Of a stretch of 62,021 nucleotides of DNA, positions 45,815 through 54,700 are shown in pieces; position 1 is the stretch's first letter; each line of letters starts with the position of its first letter. Source of the DNA: a virus (Duplodnaviria > Caudoviricetes); the IMG/VR virus record IMGVR_UViG_3300030109_004637, positions 1-62,021 of that record; one strand, 5' to 3'. Position numbers and translations under genes: made by a program. The notes under the pieces are model-generated. The model searched no databases and was not told the DNA's origin. It saw nothing but the letters and a program-made list of their open reading frames with translations.

Positions 45815-46749
45815 AATACAAACCTTTTGAGTACCCTGAGTATTATACTGAGGGTTGGTTGAAACAAGCTCAAGCATTTTGGTTACATACTGAAATACCA
45901 ATGTCAGGTGATGTTAAAGATTGGAACGAAAAATTAACACCTGAAGAAAAAAATCTAGTAGGTAATATATTATTAGGTTTTGCACAGACCGAGTGTGCAG
46001 TATCAGATTACTGGACGCAAAATGTAGTATCATGGTTTCCAAAACATGAAATACAACAAATGGCTATGATGTTTGGTTCGCAAGAAACAATACATGCAGT
46101 AGCTTATAGTTATTTAAACGAAACATTAGGATTAGATGATTTTCAAGCGTTTTTACATGAGCCTGCAACGGCTGAGAGATTTGATAATCTCGTTGGATAC
46201 ACCGGTACCGAAAAGTTGGGGATTGCACGATCGCTTGCAATCTTTTCCGCTTTTGCTGAGGGTGTTAGCCTTTATAGTGCTTTTGCTGTGTTATATTCTT
46301 TCCAACTTCGTAATCTTCTTAAAGGAATTGGTCAGCAAATGAAGTGGAGTGTAAGAGATGAAAGTTTACATAGTAAAATGGGTTGTAGGCTATTTAATCA
46401 TATGTGTGAAGAACATACTGAATTAAGAGTTCAAGCTGGACCAGCTATAAAATCTGCTGCAGAAGTAATGGTTGAATTAGAAGAAAAGTATATTGACAAG
46501 ATGTTTGAAATGGGTGATGTTGAAGGTATAAAAGCTTTTGACTTAAAACAGTTTATAAGAAAAAGATGTAATGAAAAGCTCAGAGAACTAGGATATACTG
46601 ATATGTTTACTTTTGAAGAAAAAGCCGCAGCAGAACTTGATTGGTTTTATCACTTAACTGGTGGTCACACACATACAGACTTTTTTGCAATGAGACCTAC
46701 TGATTATAGTAAAGCTAATGAAGGAGAAGATTTCGAAGATATTTGGTAA
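45790..46749 (+). CDS. nrdB: Ribonucleotide reductase class Ia beta subunit
   Basis: FW..E, ETIHAVAY, AEGV, RDESLH, TDFF. Confidence 0.92.
   Translation: MGLFEERIEYKPFEYPEYYTEGWLKQAQAFWLHTEIPMSGDVKDWNEKLTPEEKNLVGNILLGFAQTECAVSDYWTQNVVSWFPKHEIQQMAMMFGSQETIHAVAYSYLNETLGLDDFQAFLHEPATAERFDNLVGYTGTEKLGIARSLAIFSAFAEGVSLYSAFAVLYSFQLRNLLKGIGQQMKWSVRDESLHSKMGCRLFNHMCEEHTELRVQAGPAIKSAAEVMVELEEKYIDKMFEMGDVEGIKAFDLKQFIRKRCNEKLRELGYTDMFTFEEKAAAELDWFYHLTGGHTHTDFFAMRPTDYSKANEGEDFEDIW
46136..46342 (+). CDS. Possible overprinted 68 aa membrane peptide in the +1 frame of nrdB
   Basis: Local shift to CTC/CTT/TCG/ACC codons in nrdB; C-terminal hydrophobic helix. Confidence 0.4.
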   Translation: MIFKRFYMSLQRLRDLIISLDTPVPKSWGLHDRLQSFPLLLRVLAFIVLLLCYILSNFVIFLKELVSK

Positions 46750-46984
46750 AATAGAAAAACAACTTGTTAGAAGAAGAAGTCTTTCTCCTTGGGAGAAGAT
46801 GTATGAAAGAATAGGTTATATGGGTAGTGGTTTTTTAATTGCTGCTCAATGGTCTATATCAGCTGAACTTTATGTAGTAGGATTTATATTAGTTATGGTT
46901 CAGACAAGTTCAAGAAGACAATGGAATTTAGTAATATTAAATCTAAACGGTTTAATAGCTTGGTTAATACACCTTTTAAAATAA
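46718..46984 (+). CDS. Small membrane protein
   Basis: Hydrophobic segments in the C-terminal half; lies between nrdB and nrdA. Confidence 0.6.
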   Translation: MKEKISKIFGKIEKQLVRRRSLSPWEKMYERIGYMGSGFLIAAQWSISAELYVVGFILVMVQTSSRRQWNLVILNLNGLIAWLIHLLK

Positions 46985-46989
46985 AATAA

Positions 46990-48690
46990 ATGACTAGTAG
47001 TAATAGATGGATTAAAGGAGAAGATTACCCTGCGTGGGCAGATGGTGATGTTTATAAAAAAACAATACAAGGAGGTTACTTACTTCCTGATGAAACACCG
47101 CGTGATGCATATATGCGTGTTGCTAAGACCGTCTCGAGGCGTTTAGACAAGCCAGAGATGGCAGATAAATTTTTTGAATACATATGGCATGGCTGGTTGT
47201 GTTTGGCATCTCCTGTGTTGTCTAATACAGGAACTGATAGAGGCTTACCAATTAGCTGTTTTGGTATTGATGTAGCAGATTCAATATATGATATAGGCAC
47301 TAAAAACCTAGAGATGATGTTACTTGCAAAGCACGGTGGAGGTGTAGGTATTGGTATTAACCAAATCAGACCTGCAGGTTCAACTATAACAGGTAACGGC
47401 ACATCAGATGGTGTTGTACCTTTTTGTAAAATATATGATTCAACTATATTAGCAACAAATCAAGGATCAGTAAGACGTGGTGCTGCTAGTGTTAACTTAA
47501 ATATAGAACATTCAGACTTTGAAGACTGGTTAGATATTAGAGAACCTAAAGGCGATGTAAATAGACAATCACTTAACATGCATCAATGTGCTATTATAGG
47601 TGATAAGTTTATGCGTAAGTTAACTGCAGGTGATAAAGTTGCAAGAAGAAAATGGAGTGCACTTTTACAAAAGCGTAAAGCAACAGGTGAACCTTATATA
47701 ATGTTTAAAGGTAATGTTAACAAAGTAAACCCTCCAGCATATAAGGATAACGCTTTAAAAGTATTTATGACAAACATATGCTCTGAGATAGCACTACATA
47801 CAGATGAGAACCATAGCTTTGTATGTTGTTTGTCTAGTTTAAACCTAGCTAAGTACGATGAGTGGAAAGATACAAACTTAATATATGATAGTACTTTCTT
47901 TTTAGATGGTGTTATGGAAGAGTTTATACAAAGAGCTAAAGGTTTAAAAGGTTTTGAAAATGCAGTCAGATCTGCTGATAAAGGTAGAGCAATAGGTCTA
48001 GGTGTATTAGGTTGGCATACATATTTACAAGAAAAAAATCTACCATTTGAGGGATTATTAGCGCAACATGAAACACGAAGAATATTTAGCCAAATTAAAA
48101 TCGAAAGCGAACGAGCTAGTATGGCTCTTGCTAATCAGTACGGGGAACCGCTCTGGTGTGTTGGTACGGGATTTAGGAACACTCATCTTAGAGCTATTGC
48201 TCCTACTGTTAGTAACAGTAAGCTTAGTGGTAATATTAGTGCCGGCATTGAACCTTGGGCTGCTAATGTATTTACTGAGCAGAGTGCAAAAGGTACTTTC
48301 ATACGTAAAAACCCTACTCTGGAAAAAGTCTTAGATAAATTAAATATGAATACTAGTGAAGTTTGGGAGAAGATATTAGCTGACGGTGGATCCGTACAGG
48401 ATGTCAAAGGACTTGACGATGAAACTAAAGAGGTATTTAAAACATTTAAAGAACTTAATCAGCTAGAAATAGTTAATCAAGCAGGTATAAGACAACAATA
48501 CATAGATCAAAGTGTTAGTTTAAATCTAGCATTTCCATCTCAAGTAGATCCTAAATTTATTAATAAGGTTCATCTTGAAGCTTGGAAAAAAGGTATTAAA
48601 ACTTTATATTATATGAGAACAGAATCAGTTCTTCGTGGTGATATAGCTGAAAAAGCCATGGATGAAGATTGTTTAAGTTGTGATGGCTAG
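46990..48690 (+). CDS. nrdA: Ribonucleotide reductase class Ia alpha subunit
   Basis: ASPVLSN, ISCF, QGSVRRGA, TNICSEI, AIAPT, IDQSVSLN, KTLYY, C-terminal CLSC. Confidence 0.95.
   Translation: MTSSNRWIKGEDYPAWADGDVYKKTIQGGYLLPDETPRDAYMRVAKTVSRRLDKPEMADKFFEYIWHGWLCLASPVLSNTGTDRGLPISCFGIDVADSIYDIGTKNLEMMLLAKHGGGVGIGINQIRPAGSTITGNGTSDGVVPFCKIYDSTILATNQGSVRRGAASVNLNIEHSDFEDWLDIREPKGDVNRQSLNMHQCAIIGDKFMRKLTAGDKVARRKWSALLQKRKATGEPYIMFKGNVNKVNPPAYKDNALKVFMTNICSEIALHTDENHSFVCCLSSLNLAKYDEWKDTNLIYDSTFFLDGVMEEFIQRAKGLKGFENAVRSADKGRAIGLGVLGWHTYLQEKNLPFEGLLAQHETRRIFSQIKIESERASMALANQYGEPLWCVGTGFRNTHLRAIAPTVSNSKLSGNISAGIEPWAANVFTEQSAKGTFIRKNPTLEKVLDKLNMNTSEVWEKILADGGSVQDVKGLDDETKEVFKTFKELNQLEIVNQAGIRQQYIDQSVSLNLAFPSQVDPKFINKVHLEAWKKGIKTLYYMRTESVLRGDIAEKAMDEDCLSCDG
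48068..48334 (+). CDS. Possible overprinted 88 aa membrane protein in the +1 frame of nrdA
   Basis: nrdA Leu codons switch to CTT/CTC/CTG here; long hydrophobic core with basic ends. Confidence 0.5.
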   Translation: MKHEEYLAKLKSKANELVWLLLISTGNRSGVLVRDLGTLILELLLLLLVTVSLVVILVPALNLGLLMYLLSRVQKVLSYVKTLLWKKS

Positions 48691-48704
48691 TATGCTATAC
48701 ACAC

Positions 48705-48803
48705 TTACTTTTTTACAGGCACGCAGTTAGGTACTCTTCTATTACCTTTTTTCTTAAATCCTTTCTGTGTGTAACCTCTCCAACAATTTTTTTTCTTTTT
48801 CAT
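48705..48803 (-). CDS. 32 aa basic Cys-pair peptide MKKKKNCWRGYTQKGFKKKGNRRVPNCVPVKK
   Basis: Manual translation; start overlaps the upstream stop. Confidence 0.7.
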   Translation of the reverse strand: MKKKKNCWRGYTQKGFKKKGNRRVPNCVPVKK

Positions 48804-49045
48804 GCTCCGCATTTTTTACCTGTAGCTACGTTAATCCAGTTTTCTTTACCAAACCAGTCTCTTAAAGTTGCACCTTTTTTGCGTGCACCTTTTACGTTAC
48901 TGCTACTACTTCTTCTGTACTTACCTTTAGATGCTGCTGCTCTTTTAGCATTTACAACTTTTTTTCTTTCAGCAGGTGACATACTAGCAACTTTTCTTGC
49001 TGGTAAACAAACTTTTGTAGTACCTCCACCTTTAATTTTACTCAT
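48800..49045 (-). CDS. Small basic protein
   Basis: 81 aa, CLPARK...LRDWFGKENWIN...C. Confidence 0.7.
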   Translation of the reverse strand: MSKIKGGGTTKVCLPARKVASMSPAERKKVVNAKRAAASKGKYRRSSSSNVKGARKKGATLRDWFGKENWINVATGKKCGA

Positions 49046-49278
49046 TTCTTTAATCTTTTAACTGCTTTATTTCTAGCACATTTCATTTTAGCAGCGTAGC
49101 TAGGATTACGCTTACGGTTAAATACTATTTGTTGATTTAGACTACCAACAATTTTACGCACATTACCTTTCCTACTTTTTATCATCCATGATGCTAATGC
49201 ACTACAAGATAAATTTTTCATTTTACCTTTAGCATCAGGAGCATCAGAGTCTTTCCATGTAGGTCTTTTACTTGCCAT
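49042..49278 (-). CDS. Small basic protein
   Basis: 78 aa, K/R-rich, two Cys. Confidence 0.7.
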   Translation of the reverse strand: MASKRPTWKDSDAPDAKGKMKNLSCSALASWMIKSRKGNVRKIVGSLNQQIVFNRKRNPSYAAKMKCARNKAVKRLKK

Positions 49279-49447
49279 ATCTTTTATTATTACAGTCTTG
49301 CATATTTATAAACCAATTAGCTAACTGTACATCTCTTTTAGTTGCACCTTGCCTTGATTTTAATTTTTTTACTTTACTACATGTAACATCTCCACCATAA
49401 AGTTTATTTATTCTAGCTTTTAAAACACCTCTATATGCTTTTGCCAT
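49268..49447 (-). CDS. 59 aa basic protein MAKAYRGVLKARINKLYGGDVTC...NWFINMQDC
   Basis: Manual translation; fills the operon gap. Confidence 0.7.
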   Translation of the reverse strand: MAKAYRGVLKARINKLYGGDVTCSKVKKLKSRQGATKRDVQLANWFINMQDCNNKRYGK

Positions 49448-49986
49448 TACACTTTATTTTTAATGTGTTCATACATTGCATTACCAAGTTCTTCACCAAA
49501 TTTAGAGTCTGACTTATAATGTGCTTTTGCTACATTTCTACTATAAGAAATATTTTTACCTTCTCTTAAAAAATCTTTAGCTGCTTTAGGAAATTTATTA
49601 GCTAATACTTTAGATATTAAAATACCTTGCGCTGAATGACCAGAAGGATATGATGGTGTTTTCATTGAACTCATTTCTATATCATCAAGCTTTATATTAA
49701 ATTCTTCGGCAACTGCTTTGGGTCTAGGTCTTTTATAATACTTTTTAAGTTCCATGATAACTTTAGAACTTTTATCAATTAAGTCTTTTACAAGTTTAGC
49801 AGGATATTCTATTTTATTTTTTTCTGAAACAGATTTAAATGTAGAAAATATATTATCTTTATCCTTAACAAATTTTTTATCACTTTTTATATTTTTTAAT
49901 TCTTTGATTTCTTTAAAAGTGCCTAAAGATTTATTGCCAGGAGGTTTTTTATTTTTAAATTTATTTACATTAAAATCTTTAAACAT
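49447..49986 (-). CDS. PAP2/vanadium-haloperoxidase-superfamily phosphatase
   Basis: KKYYKRPRP, PSYPSGH, SRNVAKAHYKSD. Confidence 0.85.
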   Translation of the reverse strand: MFKDFNVNKFKNKKPPGNKSLGTFKEIKELKNIKSDKKFVKDKDNIFSTFKSVSEKNKIEYPAKLVKDLIDKSSKVIMELKKYYKRPRPKAVAEEFNIKLDDIEMSSMKTPSYPSGHSAQGILISKVLANKFPKAAKDFLREGKNISYSRNVAKAHYKSDSKFGEELGNAMYEHIKNKV

Positions 49987-49991
49987 AACCT

Positions 49992-50273
49992 TTATTTTTT
50001 ATTTCTTGCTTTTCGTATAGCTTCTTTACCTTTTTTAGCTATTGCAGCTTGTTGAGTTTTACCCGCAACTTTTGCTCTTTGTTCTAAAACAGTTAATATT
50101 TGTATTTTTCTAGCGTAAGGCTTACTTATTTTTTTTACTTTAGCTACTGTAGCTCTAGCATCAGCAGGTGTTTTAAATTTTATACTTACTGTATCTCTTG
50201 GATTTTCGTCAGTATATAATCTTCTGCTTGAACCTTTTGGCTTTTTACCTGTGCCTTTTTTAGGATCTGCCAT
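49992..50273 (-). CDS. Small basic protein (RRLYTDENP motif)
   Basis: 93 aa, K/R-rich. Confidence 0.7.
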   Translation of the reverse strand: MADPKKGTGKKPKGSSRRLYTDENPRDTVSIKFKTPADARATVAKVKKISKPYARKIQILTVLEQRAKVAGKTQQAAIAKKGKEAIRKARNKK

Positions 50274-50275
50274 AA

Positions 50276-50416
50276 TTATTTCTTTTTACCTACACCCCAA
50301 TTTTTAGCTCCTCTTCTTCTACATTGAACTAATTGACCAGATGCATAAGCACTTGGCCAAACTTTTACAGCTCGCTTTACTTTATGATAACAAGCATCTT
50401 TTTTGCCTTTACTCAT
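50276..50416 (-). CDS. 46 aa basic peptide MSKGKKDACYHKVKRAVKVWPSAYASGQLVQCRRRGAKNWG...
   Basis: Manual translation. Confidence 0.7.
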   Translation of the reverse strand: MSKGKKDACYHKVKRAVKVWPSAYASGQLVQCRRRGAKNWGVGKKK

Positions 50417-50544
50417 TTTTTCTTTTTTAATTTAAACTTGGGTCCACCTTTTCTAAGTGCTTTAAAATCAGCTCCTGTAATAGCATCAAATGGCGCAGCC
50501 ATTTTTGCTATTTTCATTTGATTTTTAGTTAATTTCTTTTTCAT
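50413..50544 (-). CDS. 43 aa basic peptide MKKKLTKNQMKIAKMAAPFDAITGADFKALRK...
   Basis: Manual translation; ATGA overlaps on both sides. Confidence 0.7.
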   Translation of the reverse strand: MKKKLTKNQMKIAKMAAPFDAITGADFKALRKGGPKFKLKKKK

Positions 50545-50702
50545 TTCTTTTGTTTATATGGGAATAAAATATTCATTGCATCTCTTCGTCCTTCACAACC
50601 ACAAGGTATATTAAGTCCTTTAGATACTCTATCAACAACTCTTTTTATACCAGTTGCTTTTGTTAATTTTTCTATGCTGTCTCCTAATCCTCTTGATTTC
50701 AT
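50541..50702 (-). CDS. 53 aa basic protein MKSRGLGDSIEK...CGC
   Basis: Start chosen at ATG 50702. Confidence 0.7.
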   Translation of the reverse strand: MKSRGLGDSIEKLTKATGIKRVVDRVSKGLNIPCGCEGRRDAMNILFPYKQKK

Positions 50703-50706
50703 AATA

Positions 50707-50955
50707 TTAACATTTCCATCTACGACGTGCAGCTTTACCTCTTTCACCAGTCCAGTTTTTTGATCTAGCACAAAAAGATTTTCTACGCTTAGCTGCTTTA
50801 CTACCAGGCTTTACTTTACCAGTAACAGCTGTCTTTAATTTACTACCAGGGTTTTGTTTTTTATATGCAGCAACTCCTTTTGATGTCATACCAGCTCCTT
50901 CTTCAACACTCCTGAAGTTTCTACCTTTACCCTTAGTTGTTTTTCTAATAGCCAT
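50707..50955 (-). CDS. Small basic protein (GAGMT.KGV...NPGSKLKTAV...RRKSFCAR)
   Basis: 82 aa, two Cys. Confidence 0.7.
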   Translation of the reverse strand: MAIRKTTKGKGRNFRSVEEGAGMTSKGVAAYKKQNPGSKLKTAVTGKVKPGSKAAKRRKSFCARSKNWTGERGKAARRRWKC

Positions 50956-51422
50956 TATTTACAAGTACAATTACACTCAGTACAACAATCGGTTACACTA
51001 ATATTTATAATATCAGCTTCACTCATTTTTTGATATAATCTTTTAAATGCTGGTCCTGAGCTAGTTAAATTATTATCTTCATTAAATCTATTTGATTTAA
51101 CAGAGTCACCTACCAAAAGGCAACCATCAGTATGGTCATCATCATTGCCTATATGAATATAAACATATTGAAAACCAGGTACATCATGCAACATAAAGTG
51201 AAAGTCAAACCAAGGATATTTTGATCTGTATTTTTTGGTTAAACCACTTAATACTTCACGCTTTGCTACTTTATAAGTTCCTTCAGGTATACGTGTTTCA
51301 CCTTTTATTTTTTCAGCTCTATATTCATCTTCTAATGTAAAGCATTCAAACTCTCCATCAAGAAACATTAATCCTAACGTAGTGTCACTTTGACTACTAA
51401 ATCTTTTTAGTTCTAGTTTCAT
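50955..51422 (-). CDS. Candidate endolysin (DUF5675/L,D-transpeptidase-like)
   Basis: CFTLED, TRIPEGTY, IHIGN...TDGCLLVG with a His/Cys pair. Confidence 0.7.
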   Translation of the reverse strand: MKLELKRFSSQSDTTLGLMFLDGEFECFTLEDEYRAEKIKGETRIPEGTYKVAKREVLSGLTKKYRSKYPWFDFHFMLHDVPGFQYVYIHIGNDDDHTDGCLLVGDSVKSNRFNEDNNLTSSGPAFKRLYQKMSEADIINISVTDCCTECNCTCK

Positions 51423-51739
51423 TATCTATCTTTTTTGCTGTAAAGATCTTTTTGTAAATCTTCAATATGCTTTTTAAGATCTTTAACATCTTCTTCTAAA
51501 TCACTAACATGATCCATCATCCAAGCGTGATTTAAATCATATTCTTTTCTTTCTATAGCAGCTGGAGGCAATAGCTTTGCTTCTTCAATATCATTTTGTA
51601 ACTTAAAGTACATGCCACCTAAAGTAAATACACCTGCAACTATTAATCCAATTGATTTTAGTGTTAAGTGAAAATCAGGCTTACCATCACCATCTACATC
51701 AACTCCCATATTTGTACCACTTCCTAGTTCTTGTGCCAT
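51422..51739 (-). CDS. Single-TM coiled-coil protein (lysis accessory candidate)
   Basis: DVDGDGKPD, TM segment SIGLIVAGVFTLGGMYF, C-terminal coiled coil; upstream of the endolysin candidate. Confidence 0.5.
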   Translation of the reverse strand: MAQELGSGTNMGVDVDGDGKPDFHLTLKSIGLIVAGVFTLGGMYFKLQNDIEEAKLLPPAAIERKEYDLNHAWMMDHVSDLEEDVKDLKKHIEDLQKDLYSKKDR

Positions 51740-51766
51740 ATTTTATGTTGTTTTATATATTTAGTA

Positions 51767-54700
51767 TTACTTGTTTTTGTTTTTTTCTAACTTTTTTTGT
51801 TTAAGATATTCTCTTATCCAATTACCTTCTTCCATATAATCCATGCCTTCAGTCATTTTTTCTATATATGCTTTTTCTTCAGCTTTTTTCTTAGCTATAT
51901 TTCTTGCTCTTGTTTCTTTTGCTTTTTCAACACCTAATCTTTTTCTAGTTTTAGCACCTTCGGCTTTTATTTTTTCATGTTCTTCATTTTCAAGATTTAA
52001 ACTCCAACCTGGCCAACCAGCTATTAATGCTATTTTTTGCCAAGACTTAACGTAACTTTCATTAGCTAAACGAAGATTTTTTATTTTAGTAATAGCTCTA
52101 TCTACTGGTATGTTAAAAAATGCAGAAACTAAATTGCCATAAACTTCGTATCTAGGACTATCAAACTCATAGCCTTTTACAGCTATAATATCTCTATCAT
52201 AATAATTAATATTATGCGCTTTATAAATTTTTCTAAATTTAGATCCAATAGTAGGTGCTACATTTGCTATTTCTATTGCAGTATAAAAGTGATCTGCTTT
52301 AAAAGGTCCTTTTTTCTCTTGTTCATAATATTTTAAAATTACATTTTTTAAAGTTGCAACTATAGCACCTTTATAACCAAGTCCTCTTAATATTGTATCT
52401 GACATGCCATTAGCAACTCTAATAATTTTGCGTTTTTCTTCTTCAGAAGTTTCATCATCATCGTCATATAATAAAGTAAATAAAGCACTTTGAGCTGCAT
52501 TGAATATAAGATTTTGAACTATTCCATAATATATTATTTTAGATATATGTGTTTTCCAAGCTCCTTCTTTAAATGATCTAACGCCATCACCTCTTTTATT
52601 TATAAGATCTAAAATTGATTTTTTTATTCTTCTATTATATTGCAAAGCAACATTTTGATATGTTAAGAAAAATCTAGCTACAGGATTTCTTTGCTCTTGA
52701 GATAATCTTGATGGATCAGCTGATTGCTGAGCTGAATCTGTTTCTTCAGAAAAGTCTTCAAACGCTTTAGTTTCTGCTTCTTTTTTATTAAAACCTTTTG
52801 ACAAGTAAGTGTTTACTCTATTTCTATAAAAAGAAGCACCACCAAAAGATATTGCAATAGCATCAGCAGCTTGAGTTGGAGTAAAACCTATTCTCAATAA
52901 ATATCTTAAAGCACTTTTATATTTGCTTTTAGAAGTAGCAACACTACTAGCTAATTCTGCTGCTTGTACATCTATATTTAAACCTTTTCTACGTTGTTTA
53001 AGTTTATCAGACATAACAATCATTTCAAAATCTGCCCAAAATTGCTTTTGATTAGCAAACGCCTTGGCAGCTTGTAAAAAGTTATTATCACTCCAATTTA
53101 AATAATTTATACTTGATATAAGCTGAAGAGATGCAGACCTCATGTTTATAAACATAGTAACACCAGTAGATGAATTTAACCAATTAGCAAATTCATTAGC
53201 TACTCTATTATTACCAAAGTTACGACTAGTACCATTTTCCATGGCATATAAAGAATCTTCTAATGCTTCTCTAAATCTAGTACCATATATTGCTTCAATT
53301 TTGTTTAAGTTTTCTTTACTAAATATTATTTTTCTATTTTCTATAAACTCACTTAAAAACTTTTTTCTACCAACTTTTTCAATAACATTGTTTATATCAC
53401 TAGCAACAGTTTCAAATGACCAATCAGGAGTAGGTTTTAAATAACCTTCTGGTAAACCAGTAATTACACCAAGACCTCTAGCAAAACGTTGTAGTTTTTG
53501 ATCATTAGCTACTGTAAAAAATAAACTGTTTATTTCACTATTACTTAATCCAAGAATATCTAAATTAGTTTCATTTGCTTTAGCATTATATTTCCACAAA
53601 TAAACTCTTATAGCTTGATCATAAGTAAAATCACTACCTGGTATTTTTTTACCTAACTTTTTAGATACTTCAGGAAATTTTCTTTTAAGTACTTTGTATT
53701 CATCTTCAATTTTTTGTTTTGCTGAATCAATACTTGCAATACCTCTTTTATATGGTCTATTAAGCATTTCTTCAAAAAATTCTTTTTGTTGATCACCTAA
53801 TTTACCTTCACCTAAAAAAGAATACATTAGACCCATAAAATCATCAGCTGATGCTGGTAAGAAAAAATCGTACTTACCTATATCTCTACCTTTTTGTCTA
53901 GCTAAAGTTTGAGATAAATTATCATCAGCAGCTATACCTTTATTTTGTTCTATTATTTTATTAAATACAGCACTAGCATCTTCTGCTTGTTTTGATCTCT
54001 TTGGATAATGTCTATTATTACCATTTCTTCTTATTTTTTCTTGAGTTTCTTTTTTACTTAAAGATTCTTGAGATTGTTGTAAATCTTTTCTGTTAGATAT
54101 TCTTAAATCTATTTTAACATACACTCTAGAAGTTTTAACTGTAGGTGTAGGTAAAACGAATTTAGTACCTTTTTTAAATGGTACTTTAACATCTCTAGAT
54201 CCTGATCTTTTTATAGATAAATTTCTAGTTCCTTTAAACGGTTTATTATCTTTTGCTGCAAAAAGTGGAATAAGTCCATTAAAAAAATTTGTATCAAAAG
54301 CATAAAGATCTTTGCCATTTGGTACTATAAGTTTAACACCTTCATAAACTCTTCTTATTAATTCATCTGTTTCGTTTTGATTAGGTGTATCTTTTATAAT
54401 TAAAGTTTTACCCGCATTTTCAAGTGCTTTTTGTAAAGCGTCTGTATGAAAATCACCTCTAAAAGTTCCATAAAAGTCTTTCTTTTTATTAAGTACCTCA
54501 CCTGTTTTATCTAATTTTGTGTTTTTATATTGTTGTGGTAAATTATCATGGTACTGATTAAATATATTTTCCCAATATTCTTTATTTTCAATAAACTCAT
54601 TTATTATCTCTTCAGATATTACATCACCATTTTTATCTTTAATTTCAATTTTTTCTCCTTTAACACCTTTTAAAAGAGTTTCATCAAGAACAAATTTATT

